This document shows, in pieces, positions 55,758-64,000 of a stretch of 64,000 nucleotides of DNA. Each line of letters starts with the position of its first letter. Position 1 is the first letter of the stretch. Position numbers and translations under genes: made by a program. This DNA comes from Candidatus Omnitrophota bacterium (GTDB lineage Bacteria; Omnitrophota; Gorgyraeia; JAHIPI01), in contig JADHVZ010000001.1 in NCBI GenBank assembly GCA_016783745.1, forward strand, positions 9,447 to 73,446, written 5' to 3'. The notes under the pieces were generated by a model. The model ran no database searches and was not told the origin of the DNA. It saw only the letters and a list, made by a program, of their open reading frames with translations.

Positions 55758-56879
55758 ATGCCTAAATTTGCTTTTATAGCCCATCCCATAACGACAGAAC
55801 ATCTATATGAAATTTACAGCGGTTTTGCTGGTAAAATACTATCTTTTTTCCCGAAAAATATGCTTAAAGAATTATTGCTTAGACTTCCGCCTGTTAGTTT
55901 TGGAGTATGTAAAAATGTAAAATCATCAGAAGGAAAAACTATAGAAGGAGAAGGATTCCTTTTTCTTTTATTGCCAGAGCAGATAGCGATGCTCGACGAG
56001 AAATTTGTTCTAGACAAGATAGCCGCCACTATTAAAAAAGCCAAAGAGTCAGGTGCGCAGATTGCCGCGCTGGGCGGTTTCGCATCGGTAGTTGGTAATG
56101 AAGGAGAGAAGTTAGCCAAGCAAGTTAATGGTATAGCGATTACAAGCGGTAACACATGTACAGCAGCCTTGACTATACAAGGCATTCTTAAAGCAGCTTT
56201 AATTTTAGATGTGAAAATAGAAAATACTCATATGACAGTTATAGGAGCAACAGGTGATATAGGTAGTATTTGCTCAAAGATTTTTGCCAAAAAAGTAAAA
56301 AAATTAAATATAGTAGCAAGAAGGCAGGATCGATTATCCAATTTTGCTAACGCATTAAGAAGGAGTGGAAGCGCAGAAGTAGAGCTATTTAAACGTACAT
56401 CCGATGCCATAAAAGGCGTTGATATTATTCTGAGCACGACTAGTTCATTGACAACTTTGATCGAACCAGAATATTTAAAACCTGGAGCAATTGTTTGCGA
56501 TGTTTCTTTGCCTGCAAATATTCCCAAGGAAATAGTAAATATAAGGAAGGATATATTGGTATTTGAGGGTGGCCTGGCGAAATTGCCTTATTCAAAGGAG
56601 ATCAAAGGCAAAAATTGGAACAGATTACTGCCTGGTGATAGGACGTATGGTTGCTTGGCAGAGGCAATGCTTTTGTCGTTTGAGAATAGACTGGAGAACT
56701 ATTCGATTGCAAGGGGAAATATAACTGAAGAAAATATACAAGAAATATGTGGCTTATTAAAAAAACATTCTTTTGAAGTATCCGATTTTTTCTGTGGGTA
56801 TAAGTTTTTCACAGAAAAGGACTTGGAAGAGATAAAGAAATGTAAAGTGAAGGGAAATAATTATGCAGGGGTCCTTTAA
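55758..56879 (+). CDS. Acyl-ACP reductase (AAR) homolog, the fatty-aldehyde-forming long-chain acyl-[ACP] reductase family
   Basis: Collinear matches to cyanobacterial AAR from memory: FAFIAHP (FGLIGHL), AALGGFASVVG (SALGGFTSII), TSGNTCTA (TTGNTHTA), VIGATGDIGS (VVGATGDIGS), ARRQDRL (ARNQERL), and the catalytic-Cys region YGCLAEAMLLSFE (FACFAEAMLLEFE). Confidence 0.6.
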   Translation: MPKFAFIAHPITTEHLYEIYSGFAGKILSFFPKNMLKELLLRLPPVSFGVCKNVKSSEGKTIEGEGFLFLLLPEQIAMLDEKFVLDKIAATIKKAKESGAQIAALGGFASVVGNEGEKLAKQVNGIAITSGNTCTAALTIQGILKAALILDVKIENTHMTVIGATGDIGSICSKIFAKKVKKLNIVARRQDRLSNFANALRRSGSAEVELFKRTSDAIKGVDIILSTTSSLTTLIEPEYLKPGAIVCDVSLPANIPKEIVNIRKDILVFEGGLAKLPYSKEIKGKNWNRLLPGDRTYGCLAEAMLLSFENRLENYSIARGNITEENIQEICGLLKKHSFEVSDFFCGYKFFTEKDLEEIKKCKVKGNNYAGVL

Positions 56880-59004
56880 TCCATTTTTCATTCCATCCTT
56901 TATTGCATCGCTATTACTACTTTTTTTGGGAGTGTTTGTTTATTCGAGGAATAAAAAATCGTTAGTTAATGTTTTATTCTCGTTAGAATGTTTCGTGTCT
57001 TTTATATGGCAGTTTTGCTATGCTATGATGTATTTATTTTCCAATGATGAACAGCTAGCAGCATTTTGGATGAAAATAGGTTATGTGGGCGTAATCTACA
57101 TTTCAGTTTTTTATTACCATTTTATTATAGAATTTTTTGAAAGAAAGAAGGAAAGGATCATTGTCTATATTTCATACGGCATTGCTACCGTATTTGTTTT
57201 TTTTCATCTTACAACCAATTTGTTTACAAACGGAGTAATAAAATATTTTTGGGGGTACTATCCACGAGCATCTGTCATACATCCGTTTTTTTTGGTGTTT
57301 TTTATAGGTCTAATATGTTTAATCATAACTCATTCATTTATGGGGTTCTTGAATAGAGAGAAACTTTTTCACGATAGGAGAAAAGAGCAGGTCAAATATC
57401 TTTTTTGGGCATATTTTTTGTACGCACCAGCTTGTGTCGACTATATAGCAAATTATAATATTACGTTCTATCCGTTTGGCTACGTATTTTCAACAGCGTT
57501 TCTTGGTATTATCGCTTATGCTATTGTCAAACATCAACTTATGAATATTGAAGTCATTATACGCCGCGCGGTCGTGTTTACAGGATTATTTGCCGCGGCA
57601 TACGGAGTATTTGCTTTCTTTACATCACTGACTCAAGATGTGTTTCAGAATATTACCGGTGGAAATAGATGGGCGGTGTTTGTTCCTTCTATATTGCTAA
57701 TTGTGTTGGCATTGCGGCCACTGGAGAATTTTTTGGTCAGGATAACAGACAGGTTCCTATTTCAGAAAAAATATGATTATAGAGAATTACTACGCGCTCT
57801 TTCGCACGAAGTCATAACTATTATGGATCTCAACAAACTTACGAAGAGGATCGTTGATGATCTCGTAAATATAATGAGGGTTGAGAGCTGCGCTATCATG
57901 TTGTATGACAAGAATAAAGATGTTTATGATATTATTGCGGCCAGGGGGATAAAGGGCGGAAGTATATCATTCTCAAGGGATAACCAGACCATCACATTTC
58001 TTAAGACAGCTCATTTACCTATCAAGAAAAATGAGCACATTGACAAGATGGGTGAGAAGGGAACTATAAAGGAGGACATGAAGAAACTTGGCGCTGAATT
58101 TATCTTGCCTCTTATAGTGCATGATGAGCTCTTAGGCCTCATCAGCCTGGGCATGAAAAAGTCAGGAGAGGAATACAACCAGGACGATATTGCTATATTG
58201 GAATCTCTGACAGGGACAGCGTCGATCGCTATTAGTAACGCTCAGTATGTTGTCAATACTATGGAGCTTGAAGCGGAGGCGGCGCAAAGAGAGAAGATGG
58301 CCGTTGTCGGTACTCTGGCGGCAGGAATAAATCATGAGATATGTAATCCTTTAGGAATAGCGAGGGGGCAGTGCGAAGTCTACATATTAAATCAGAGAGA
58401 AGGGCTGTATGTCAATAAGCCCAAGGATGAGCAGATCGCCGAAGCCATGAAAGTCATGGAAAAAGTATTGCGTGAAACTGACAGGGCAACCGCGATCACT
58501 AAGAAGCTTTCAAGCTTTGCCAAACCGTCTAAAGGTGAGATATCGGAAAATGTTAAAATAGAGGAAGAGCTGGAAGAGGTCATAGCTTTGGTGGATCACG
58601 AGCTTAAACTGGGAAAGATAGATCTGAACTTGAATGTCCCGGATGATCTACCTCCTATAAGGTGTGACCGTAAACAATTACAGCAAGTATTATTTAACAT
58701 CATAAGAAACGCGGGCCAGGCCATAGGCGGCAAAGGAACGATTACTGTAGACATCAAGACCATTGAAGATAAGATCAGAATTCACATAAAGGACACAGGT
58801 CACGGTATATCTAAGGATAAGCTATCCGAGATCTTCAATCCATTCTATACTACTAAAGACCCGGGCAAGGGTACCGGCCTCGGGCTTTTTATAGTGCGTC
58901 AGCTTGTGGAAAGGAATAAGGGCAGGATCATAGTAGGCAGTGAAGTCGGAAAAGGCACCACATTTACATTGGAATTTCCGGCTACAGAGAGGGTGAAGTT
59001 ATGA
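56863..59004 (+). CDS. Membrane sensor histidine kinase (N-terminal 7TM sensor, GAF, HisKA, HATPase)
   Basis: Seven hydrophobic helices in the first ~230 aa, a GAF-like middle, H-box AAGINHEICNPLG, and N/G boxes (DTGHGISKD, GKGTGLGLFIV). It overlaps the AAR gene end by 17 nt. Confidence 0.75.
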   Translation: MQGSFNPFFIPSFIASLLLLFLGVFVYSRNKKSLVNVLFSLECFVSFIWQFCYAMMYLFSNDEQLAAFWMKIGYVGVIYISVFYYHFIIEFFERKKERIIVYISYGIATVFVFFHLTTNLFTNGVIKYFWGYYPRASVIHPFFLVFFIGLICLIITHSFMGFLNREKLFHDRRKEQVKYLFWAYFLYAPACVDYIANYNITFYPFGYVFSTAFLGIIAYAIVKHQLMNIEVIIRRAVVFTGLFAAAYGVFAFFTSLTQDVFQNITGGNRWAVFVPSILLIVLALRPLENFLVRITDRFLFQKKYDYRELLRALSHEVITIMDLNKLTKRIVDDLVNIMRVESCAIMLYDKNKDVYDIIAARGIKGGSISFSRDNQTITFLKTAHLPIKKNEHIDKMGEKGTIKEDMKKLGAEFILPLIVHDELLGLISLGMKKSGEEYNQDDIAILESLTGTASIAISNAQYVVNTMELEAEAAQREKMAVVGTLAAGINHEICNPLGIARGQCEVYILNQREGLYVNKPKDEQIAEAMKVMEKVLRETDRATAITKKLSSFAKPSKGEISENVKIEEELEEVIALVDHELKLGKIDLNLNVPDDLPPIRCDRKQLQQVLFNIIRNAGQAIGGKGTITVDIKTIEDKIRIHIKDTGHGISKDKLSEIFNPFYTTKDPGKGTGLGLFIVRQLVERNKGRIIVGSEVGKGTTFTLEFPATERVKL

Positions 59005-59375
59005 AGAGGCCGAAGATATTGACTATAGACGATGAGATGGGTTTTGTTGATATGATAAAAAACTATTTTTCTCTGCGCGGATATGACGTATTCACAGCTC
59101 TGAGAGGCGCTGCCGGATTGTATATCATCGAACAGGAAAAGCCTGATGTGGTTTTAATCGATTTCAAGATGCCGGAAATAGACGGGGATCAGATCTTCCG
59201 GCAGATGAAGAAGATCCACCCTGAAGGAAAGGCTATTATGATAACCGCGTTCAGGGATGAGGGGGGGACTGAAAAGAGATTATTAAATATGGGGGTTTAC
59301 GCTTATTTTGAAAAACCGATCACATCCATGAAGGATCTTGAGGCAACGATAAAAAATGCGGTTACACAAAAATAG
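59001..59375 (+). CDS. Stand-alone receiver-domain response regulator
   Basis: ILTIDDE, VVLIDFKMP (Asp phospho-acceptor) and IMITAF. No output domain. Start overlaps the kinase stop. Confidence 0.7.
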   Translation: MKRPKILTIDDEMGFVDMIKNYFSLRGYDVFTALRGAAGLYIIEQEKPDVVLIDFKMPEIDGDQIFRQMKKIHPEGKAIMITAFRDEGGTEKRLLNMGVYAYFEKPITSMKDLEATIKNAVTQK

Positions 59376-59380
59376 AGGCG

Positions 59381-59767
59381 GTGATTAAAATGATCAAAGT
59401 TTTAGTGGTAGATGATGAGCAGGAGATATGTAATTTTGTAAGGGATTTTTTCAAGGAAAGAGGCATTGAGGTCATAACCGCCTTAAACGGGGAAGAAGCT
59501 CTTGAGATGATAAAGAACGAGGAAGAGCTTACAGTGCTTCTTGATATCAGGATGCCTAAAATGGGCGGTATGGAGGCGTTACGCCGCATAAAAAAAGAAA
59601 AACCGCGCTTCAAGGTGATCATGGTCACATGCATCGATGACATTGAGAAGATGGAAGAGGCTAAGAGATGCGGCGCCGAGGCTTACTTAACAAAACCTTT
59701 AGTCCTTAAAGAGCTGCTTAAAGTTGTCATGAATAATGTGCCGGGTAATGACAAGAGCGGAAAATGA
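59381..59767 (+). CDS. Stand-alone receiver-domain response regulator
   Basis: VLVVDDE, VLLDIRMPKMGG and IMVT. No output domain. Confidence 0.7.
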   Translation: MIKMIKVLVVDDEQEICNFVRDFFKERGIEVITALNGEEALEMIKNEEELTVLLDIRMPKMGGMEALRRIKKEKPRFKVIMVTCIDDIEKMEEAKRCGAEAYLTKPLVLKELLKVVMNNVPGNDKSGK

Positions 59768-61101
59768 AGAAGGATAAGAAAAATAAAAATAATTGGAAAG
59801 AAATACAGAATCAGCTTATCAAAAAATGCCTGGATGTCAAGCCGCATTTTACGCCTTCCGGCCGCTTGAAGACCACAGATAAGCTCAATTACAGGGAGGT
59901 GATCGAGAAGGCGTCGCGAAGCATGATCCGCTTTAAGAAACCTACGCGCCTTATACGCATGATAGTGCGCATAATAGCTGAGCAGGTAAGGGTTCTTCAT
60001 ACAGGGGTCTTATTATATAGAGAAAAGAATAATTCCTATGTCCTTATAGACAGCAAAGGTGAGGAAGGGAAGAGGCTTCCCATCGGATATGTAAGACTAC
60101 CTTTAGATAGTCCGCTGATAACCGCATTTATGGAAAAAAAGTCATTTTTGATAGACTCACACGGCGCGCTTCTTCTCGAAAAGATAACGAAAACGCTTAA
60201 TGACGCGGATTTATTGAAAAAACAGATGGGGATGGAGCACAAGATCAAGAGATTAAAGTCTGAAATGGATATATTACGTTCTGAAGTCTGTATCCCGGCA
60301 TACTACAAAAGAAAGTTACTTGGAATATTAATTCTGGGGCCGAAGCTTTCCGGAGAAAAATATAATGATGATGAGATAGGCTTTTTCGCTACTTTAGCGA
60401 ATGACGTGGCGATGGCGATCACGAATTCCCAGCTTATAACAAGCCTTCAATCAAAAGTAAAAGAGATAGGTGTCCTTTATGAAAAGGAAAGACGGCTTTT
60501 TATCCACACCTCAATAGCCCTGGCCGCCGCAATCGACGCGAGAGACCCGTATACTCACGGTCATACGTCGCGTGTTACCCACTATTCTCTTAAAATAGCG
60601 GATGAGCTAAAGCAGGCTCCTGAAATAATGGATTATGAGAATTTCAGGGAGACGCTTCACATAGCGTCTCTTCTGCATGATATCGGTAAAATAGGGGTGC
60701 GGGACAATATACTGAATAAAGCCGATGCGCTTACCGGCGAGGAATACATAGAAGTCAAAAAGCACGCGGACATCGGCGCTGCCATATTAAGCCCGATAAA
60801 AGAACTGGGCGGTATCATAGAGATTGTCAGGGCCCATCATGAAAGATTTGACGGCACCGGATATCCTGGCGGCTTAGAGGCGGATGAGATCCCGTTTCCT
60901 TCGCGGATAATCTCCGTAGCGGATGTTTTTGACACGGTAACCACAGACCGTCCTTATAGAAAGAAAATACCGGACGCGGATGCCGTAAAAGAAATCGAGA
61001 AAAATTCAGGAACACAGTTTGATCCGCTGGTCGTACAGGCATTTGTCGATGCGTACAATAGGGGGAAGGAATTTTTAAACCCGACTTATTCCGGCTACTG
61101 A
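59764..61101 (+). CDS. GAF plus HD-GYP domain protein (putative c-di-GMP phosphodiesterase)
   Basis: HD motif LHDIGKIGV and HHERFDGTGYPGG (the GYP signature). The N-terminal half is GAF-like. Confidence 0.75.
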   Translation: MKKDKKNKNNWKEIQNQLIKKCLDVKPHFTPSGRLKTTDKLNYREVIEKASRSMIRFKKPTRLIRMIVRIIAEQVRVLHTGVLLYREKNNSYVLIDSKGEEGKRLPIGYVRLPLDSPLITAFMEKKSFLIDSHGALLLEKITKTLNDADLLKKQMGMEHKIKRLKSEMDILRSEVCIPAYYKRKLLGILILGPKLSGEKYNDDEIGFFATLANDVAMAITNSQLITSLQSKVKEIGVLYEKERRLFIHTSIALAAAIDARDPYTHGHTSRVTHYSLKIADELKQAPEIMDYENFRETLHIASLLHDIGKIGVRDNILNKADALTGEEYIEVKKHADIGAAILSPIKELGGIIEIVRAHHERFDGTGYPGGLEADEIPFPSRIISVADVFDTVTTDRPYRKKIPDADAVKEIEKNSGTQFDPLVVQAFVDAYNRGKEFLNPTYSGY

Positions 61102-61188
61102 CAATAATTAAAGATTGACTTAACCCGGCATTGGATGTATATTTATCGTAAAATCATCCTATTATAATAAAATACGGAGGAGATAATA

Positions 61189-61344
61189 ATGAATTTATTA
61201 TACAAAAGATCGTTAGCGGTTGTTTTTTTGATGATCATGCTGCTTCAGCTTTCCGGCTGCGGAGAGACCCTTCGGGGCGTAGGCAAGGATTGGGGCAGAG
61301 TAGGCAAAGGCGTTAAAACAATATTTGTCAGAGATAGCGAATAG
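61189..61344 (+). CDS. Entericidin-like small lipoprotein (51 aa; below the ORF-track length cutoff)
   Basis: GGAGG RBS 8 nt upstream. MNLLYKRSLAVVFLMIMLLQLSGCGETLRGVGKDWGRVGKGVKTIF matches the EcnA/EcnB pattern (lipobox C, then G.G.D....G). Confidence 0.45.
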   Translation: MNLLYKRSLAVVFLMIMLLQLSGCGETLRGVGKDWGRVGKGVKTIFVRDSE

Positions 61345-61369
61345 ACTTTTACTGTCGAAGAGGTGCTAG

Positions 61370-62152
61370 TTGTCAATACATCCCACCGCAGTAATAGATC
61401 CCGGAGCAGAGATAGCCAGCGACGTGGAAGTGGGGCCCTACACAGTTATCGAAGATAACGTAAAGATAGGACCGCGTGTCAAGATCTGGGCTAATGCCTA
61501 CATATGCAGATATACTGAGATAGGCGAAGACACCCAGGTACATATGGGCGCTGTTATAGGGCACTTGCCGCAGGATATTTCATTTAAAGATAAGAAAAGC
61601 GGGCTCCTCATAGGAAAGCGGAATGTGATCCGTGAATATTCGACCATCCACAGAGGTACGCATGAGGCCACTACTACACTGATCGGTGACGATAATTTTT
61701 TCATGGCGTTTGCTCACATTGGCCATAATTGTGTTCTGGGCAATAATATTGTGATGGTAAACGGCGCTACGCTGGGCGGGTATGTTCATGTGGGTGATAA
61801 AGCGTTTTTGTCCGCGTATGCTGTTGTGCAGCAATTTACCAGAATAGGAGGGCTTTGCATAATAGCGGCTAACTCGCGGGTCACTAAGGATGTACCGCCG
61901 TATATGCTGGCAAAAGGGGAGGATTGCAAAATATACGGCCTGAATGTCGTCGGACTAAGAAGGTCTGATTTCTCGCAGGAGACGCGGAATAAGATAAAGA
62001 AGGCGCATAAGATCCTCTATCTTTCCGGTTATAGATTAACCCAGGCGATAGAGGAAATTGAGAAAGCGGGCCTCGGTGAAGAGGTCCGGATTTTAATAGA
62101 TTTTCTGAAAGGTGATTCAAAAAGGGGTATTACGGCTAATATAAAAAGGTAA
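61370..62152 (+). CDS. lpxA: UDP-N-acetylglucosamine O-acyltransferase
   Basis: IHPTAVIDPGAEIASDVEVGPYTVIEDNVKIG hexapeptide repeats and C-terminal helical domain. Probable TTG start. Confidence 0.75.
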   Translation: MSIHPTAVIDPGAEIASDVEVGPYTVIEDNVKIGPRVKIWANAYICRYTEIGEDTQVHMGAVIGHLPQDISFKDKKSGLLIGKRNVIREYSTIHRGTHEATTTLIGDDNFFMAFAHIGHNCVLGNNIVMVNGATLGGYVHVGDKAFLSAYAVVQQFTRIGGLCIIAANSRVTKDVPPYMLAKGEDCKIYGLNVVGLRRSDFSQETRNKIKKAHKILYLSGYRLTQAIEEIEKAGLGEEVRILIDFLKGDSKRGITANIKR

Positions 62153-62737
62153 TTATTTTATTTCCAGCACAGCGTCATCAAAAAGCACTTTTCCTCTGGC
62201 CTTCTTTCCCCCTAATACTACAAAACTAAGTACAGCTTTCCTGGTTTGCCCGGGAATGATCCCCCTCGCGGTCAACTTAGTCCATTCTGTAGGCCGCGTG
62301 ATGCTGCTCGATTTTGTTTTTCTGATCTCAGCTTCGCTCTCATCCAGGAATTTAACTTCTATAAAGACTTTGGCGCCGTTTCCGAGCGCAACATCTGTTT
62401 TTCTATTCATTACCCAGCCGCTTGCTATAAACGTGCCGGTGGAGGTAATATCAATAGTCTGACTATAACCGCCCCACCTCTCGCCGGTCCCGTAGAATAT
62501 CTTACCTACAGCTTTATCGCCTGAATGCGCCAGCTCTACCGGCGTCGGAAATCCGGCTATGCCGTTATTTGGGTTTTCATCGCCGCTGCCGCTCCAGTCA
62601 GACCATTCCTCCGGCGGAAACTTACCCTGCTCGAAGCCTGGATTTTTTAGAAGGTTTGCCGCGTAACTGTTGTGGCCCAGAAGTAAGCACAGGCCGAGTA
62701 TGCCTATGACCAGGAAGAAGTTATTTTTCATTGTCAT
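62153..62737 (-). CDS. Secreted protein with CBM4/9-like carbohydrate-binding signature
   Basis: Signal peptide, then NLLKNPGFEQG...W, which is typical of the start of CBM_4_9 modules. Confidence 0.4.
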   Translation of the reverse strand: MTMKNNFFLVIGILGLCLLLGHNSYAANLLKNPGFEQGKFPPEEWSDWSGSGDENPNNGIAGFPTPVELAHSGDKAVGKIFYGTGERWGGYSQTIDITSTGTFIASGWVMNRKTDVALGNGAKVFIEVKFLDESEAEIRKTKSSSITRPTEWTKLTARGIIPGQTRKAVLSFVVLGGKKARGKVLFDDAVLEIK

Positions 62738-62887
62738 CTCCTTATTTCATATTTCATTAGTCTGATTTTGGTATATATTATATCATATAAATTTCATATT
62801 ACTGTTATTTCTCTTGAAAAAAACTCATTTACAGTATATATTATACTATGCTTTAATAGATGATATAAGTGACCCGAATGGAGATAT

Positions 62888-63553
62888 ATGAGGGACAAGG
62901 TGTTGCGTGATGATTTTACCTCTGAAGAGCCATGGCGCGTATTCAGGATAATGGGTGAATTTGTAGAGGGTTTTGAGGCTCTGTCTAAGATAGGGCCGGC
63001 TATATCCATATTTGGCTCGGCAAGGACAAAGAGGGGAACAAAATATTATAAGCTAACCGAAAAAATAGCTCAGCTTCTGGTGAAGGAGGGCTATACAATA
63101 ATAACAGGTGCCGGTCCGGGCATAATGGAGGCTGCTAATAAGGGCGCCAAAAAAGCAAAGGGCGGATCTATTGGGTTGAACATTGTAGTCCCGGAGATCC
63201 AGGAGCCCAATCCTTACATTAAGACGCTGATCGATTTCAGATACTTTTTCTGCAGGAAAGTGATGTTTGACAAATATAGTGATGCGTTTGTGGTCCTTCC
63301 GGGAGGGTTTGGTACTATGGATGAACTGTTCGAGGCGCTTACTTTAGTCCAGACCGAAAGGGTAAAGCCATTCCCTATTATTGTAGTGGGCACTGAATAC
63401 TGGAACGGTCTTTTAGAATGGCTTAAAAAGGCCATGTTAGCCAGCGGATGTATATCGAAACTCGACCTGAAGATATTTCATGTGGTCGATAAGCCGGAAG
63501 AGATCTCCGGGATATTGAAAAAATTTTACAAGAAGAAAAAAACCAGGAGGTAG
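62888..63553 (+). CDS. LOG-family protein (cytokinin riboside 5'-monophosphate phosphoribohydrolase-like, TIGR00730)
   Basis: Motifs SIFGSARTK, GAGPGIMEA and PGGFGTMDELFEALTLVQT (the PGGxGTxxE motif). Confidence 0.75.
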   Translation: MRDKVLRDDFTSEEPWRVFRIMGEFVEGFEALSKIGPAISIFGSARTKRGTKYYKLTEKIAQLLVKEGYTIITGAGPGIMEAANKGAKKAKGGSIGLNIVVPEIQEPNPYIKTLIDFRYFFCRKVMFDKYSDAFVVLPGGFGTMDELFEALTLVQTERVKPFPIIVVGTEYWNGLLEWLKKAMLASGCISKLDLKIFHVVDKPEEISGILKKFYKKKKTRR

Positions 63554-63555
63554 GT

Positions 63556-63930
63556 ATGGCTAAAAAGAACACTATCACGCAGGAAGATGTCAAAAAGCTT
63601 TTTGAAAGCACTAAGAAGAAGCTGCAGGAGCTCGGCAAGGAGACCGGTGTATGGCTAAAGAAGGGCGAAGTGGAGCTTTCGCGCATATCAAAGATCGGAA
63701 GGCTCGAGCTCGATATAATAAACCTTAATATGAAAAGAGAAAAATTATTCAAGGAAATCGGAAAAAGAGTGGTAGAGCAGAATATTGGCGAGAAGATAGA
63801 AGATACAGCTATCAAGAGTATGTCAGGAAAAGCCATAACTGCCGTAAATGACACCAATAAGAAAAAACGCGAAATTAGCAGGATCAAAAAGACGCTTTTG
63901 AAGGGCAACAAAAAGAAAAACAAAAATTAA
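63556..63930 (+). CDS. Lysine-rich coiled-coil hypothetical protein
   Basis: 124 aa with a highly charged heptad pattern. Start overlaps the LOG stop region. Confidence 0.35.
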   Translation: MAKKNTITQEDVKKLFESTKKKLQELGKETGVWLKKGEVELSRISKIGRLELDIINLNMKREKLFKEIGKRVVEQNIGEKIEDTAIKSMSGKAITAVNDTNKKKREISRIKKTLLKGNKKKNKN

Positions 63931-64000
63931 AAAATGCTGAAAAAATTATTTATTTTCATATTGATATGCGCGGTACTGGTCACAACCGGCCTGTTTTGCG

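Overview
This 64-kb window looks like a bacterial chromosome segment, possibly from an anaerobic, TPR-rich candidate-phylum lineage, though I cannot confirm the taxon from sequence alone. It contains clear housekeeping genes. These are dnaE (PHP-domain Pol III alpha) interrupted by a full-length intein, HU, hisS, aspS, and a Firmicutes-like syntenic block running phoH, a 7TM-HD protein, ybeY, a dgkA-PAP2 fusion, a DUF502 protein, recO, glyQS, ppdK, a sigma-70 factor and apt, followed by tRNA-Arg(CCT). There are also trxB with a two-thioredoxin-domain partner, arfB, lpxA and a LOG-family protein.

Between these sit several accessory segments, listed here in decreasing order of interest (interest scores are in the findings).
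1. A compact biosynthetic cluster at about 52.0-56.9 kb. It holds an excisionase-family HTH, a catalytically dead ketosynthase (chain-length-factor-like), a FabG-type ketoreductase, an ACP, an active ketosynthase and a homolog of cyanobacterial acyl-ACP reductase (AAR). A membrane sensor kinase, two receiver proteins and a GAF/HD-GYP protein follow immediately, and a 62-bp iteron-like tandem repeat precedes it.
2. An AT-rich block at about 7.85-17.1 kb. It starts at a decayed serine-recombinase fragment and is nuclease-rich: a YacP/NYN protein, a beta-CASP MBL nuclease, a small protein, a DnaQ-like DEDDh exonuclease and an AAA(DUF4143) ATPase. It also has a TPR/GT-C membrane glycosyltransferase and four small membrane proteins.
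3. A previously unrecognised-looking family of nested palindromic elements built on GGGGACAGACACTTT / AAAGTGTCTGTCCCC, present at five intergenic loci.
4. A pair of paralogous lysine-rich zinc-ribbon proteins flanking an RNase D-like exonuclease.
5. Repeat structures downstream of the tRNA.

No CRISPR array was found. The ORF coordinates, translations, motifs and repeats were read directly from the window and the supplied ORF track, but the family assignments rest on motif recognition and remembered reference sequences, so they need a database search to confirm. GC and AT statements are by-eye estimates.
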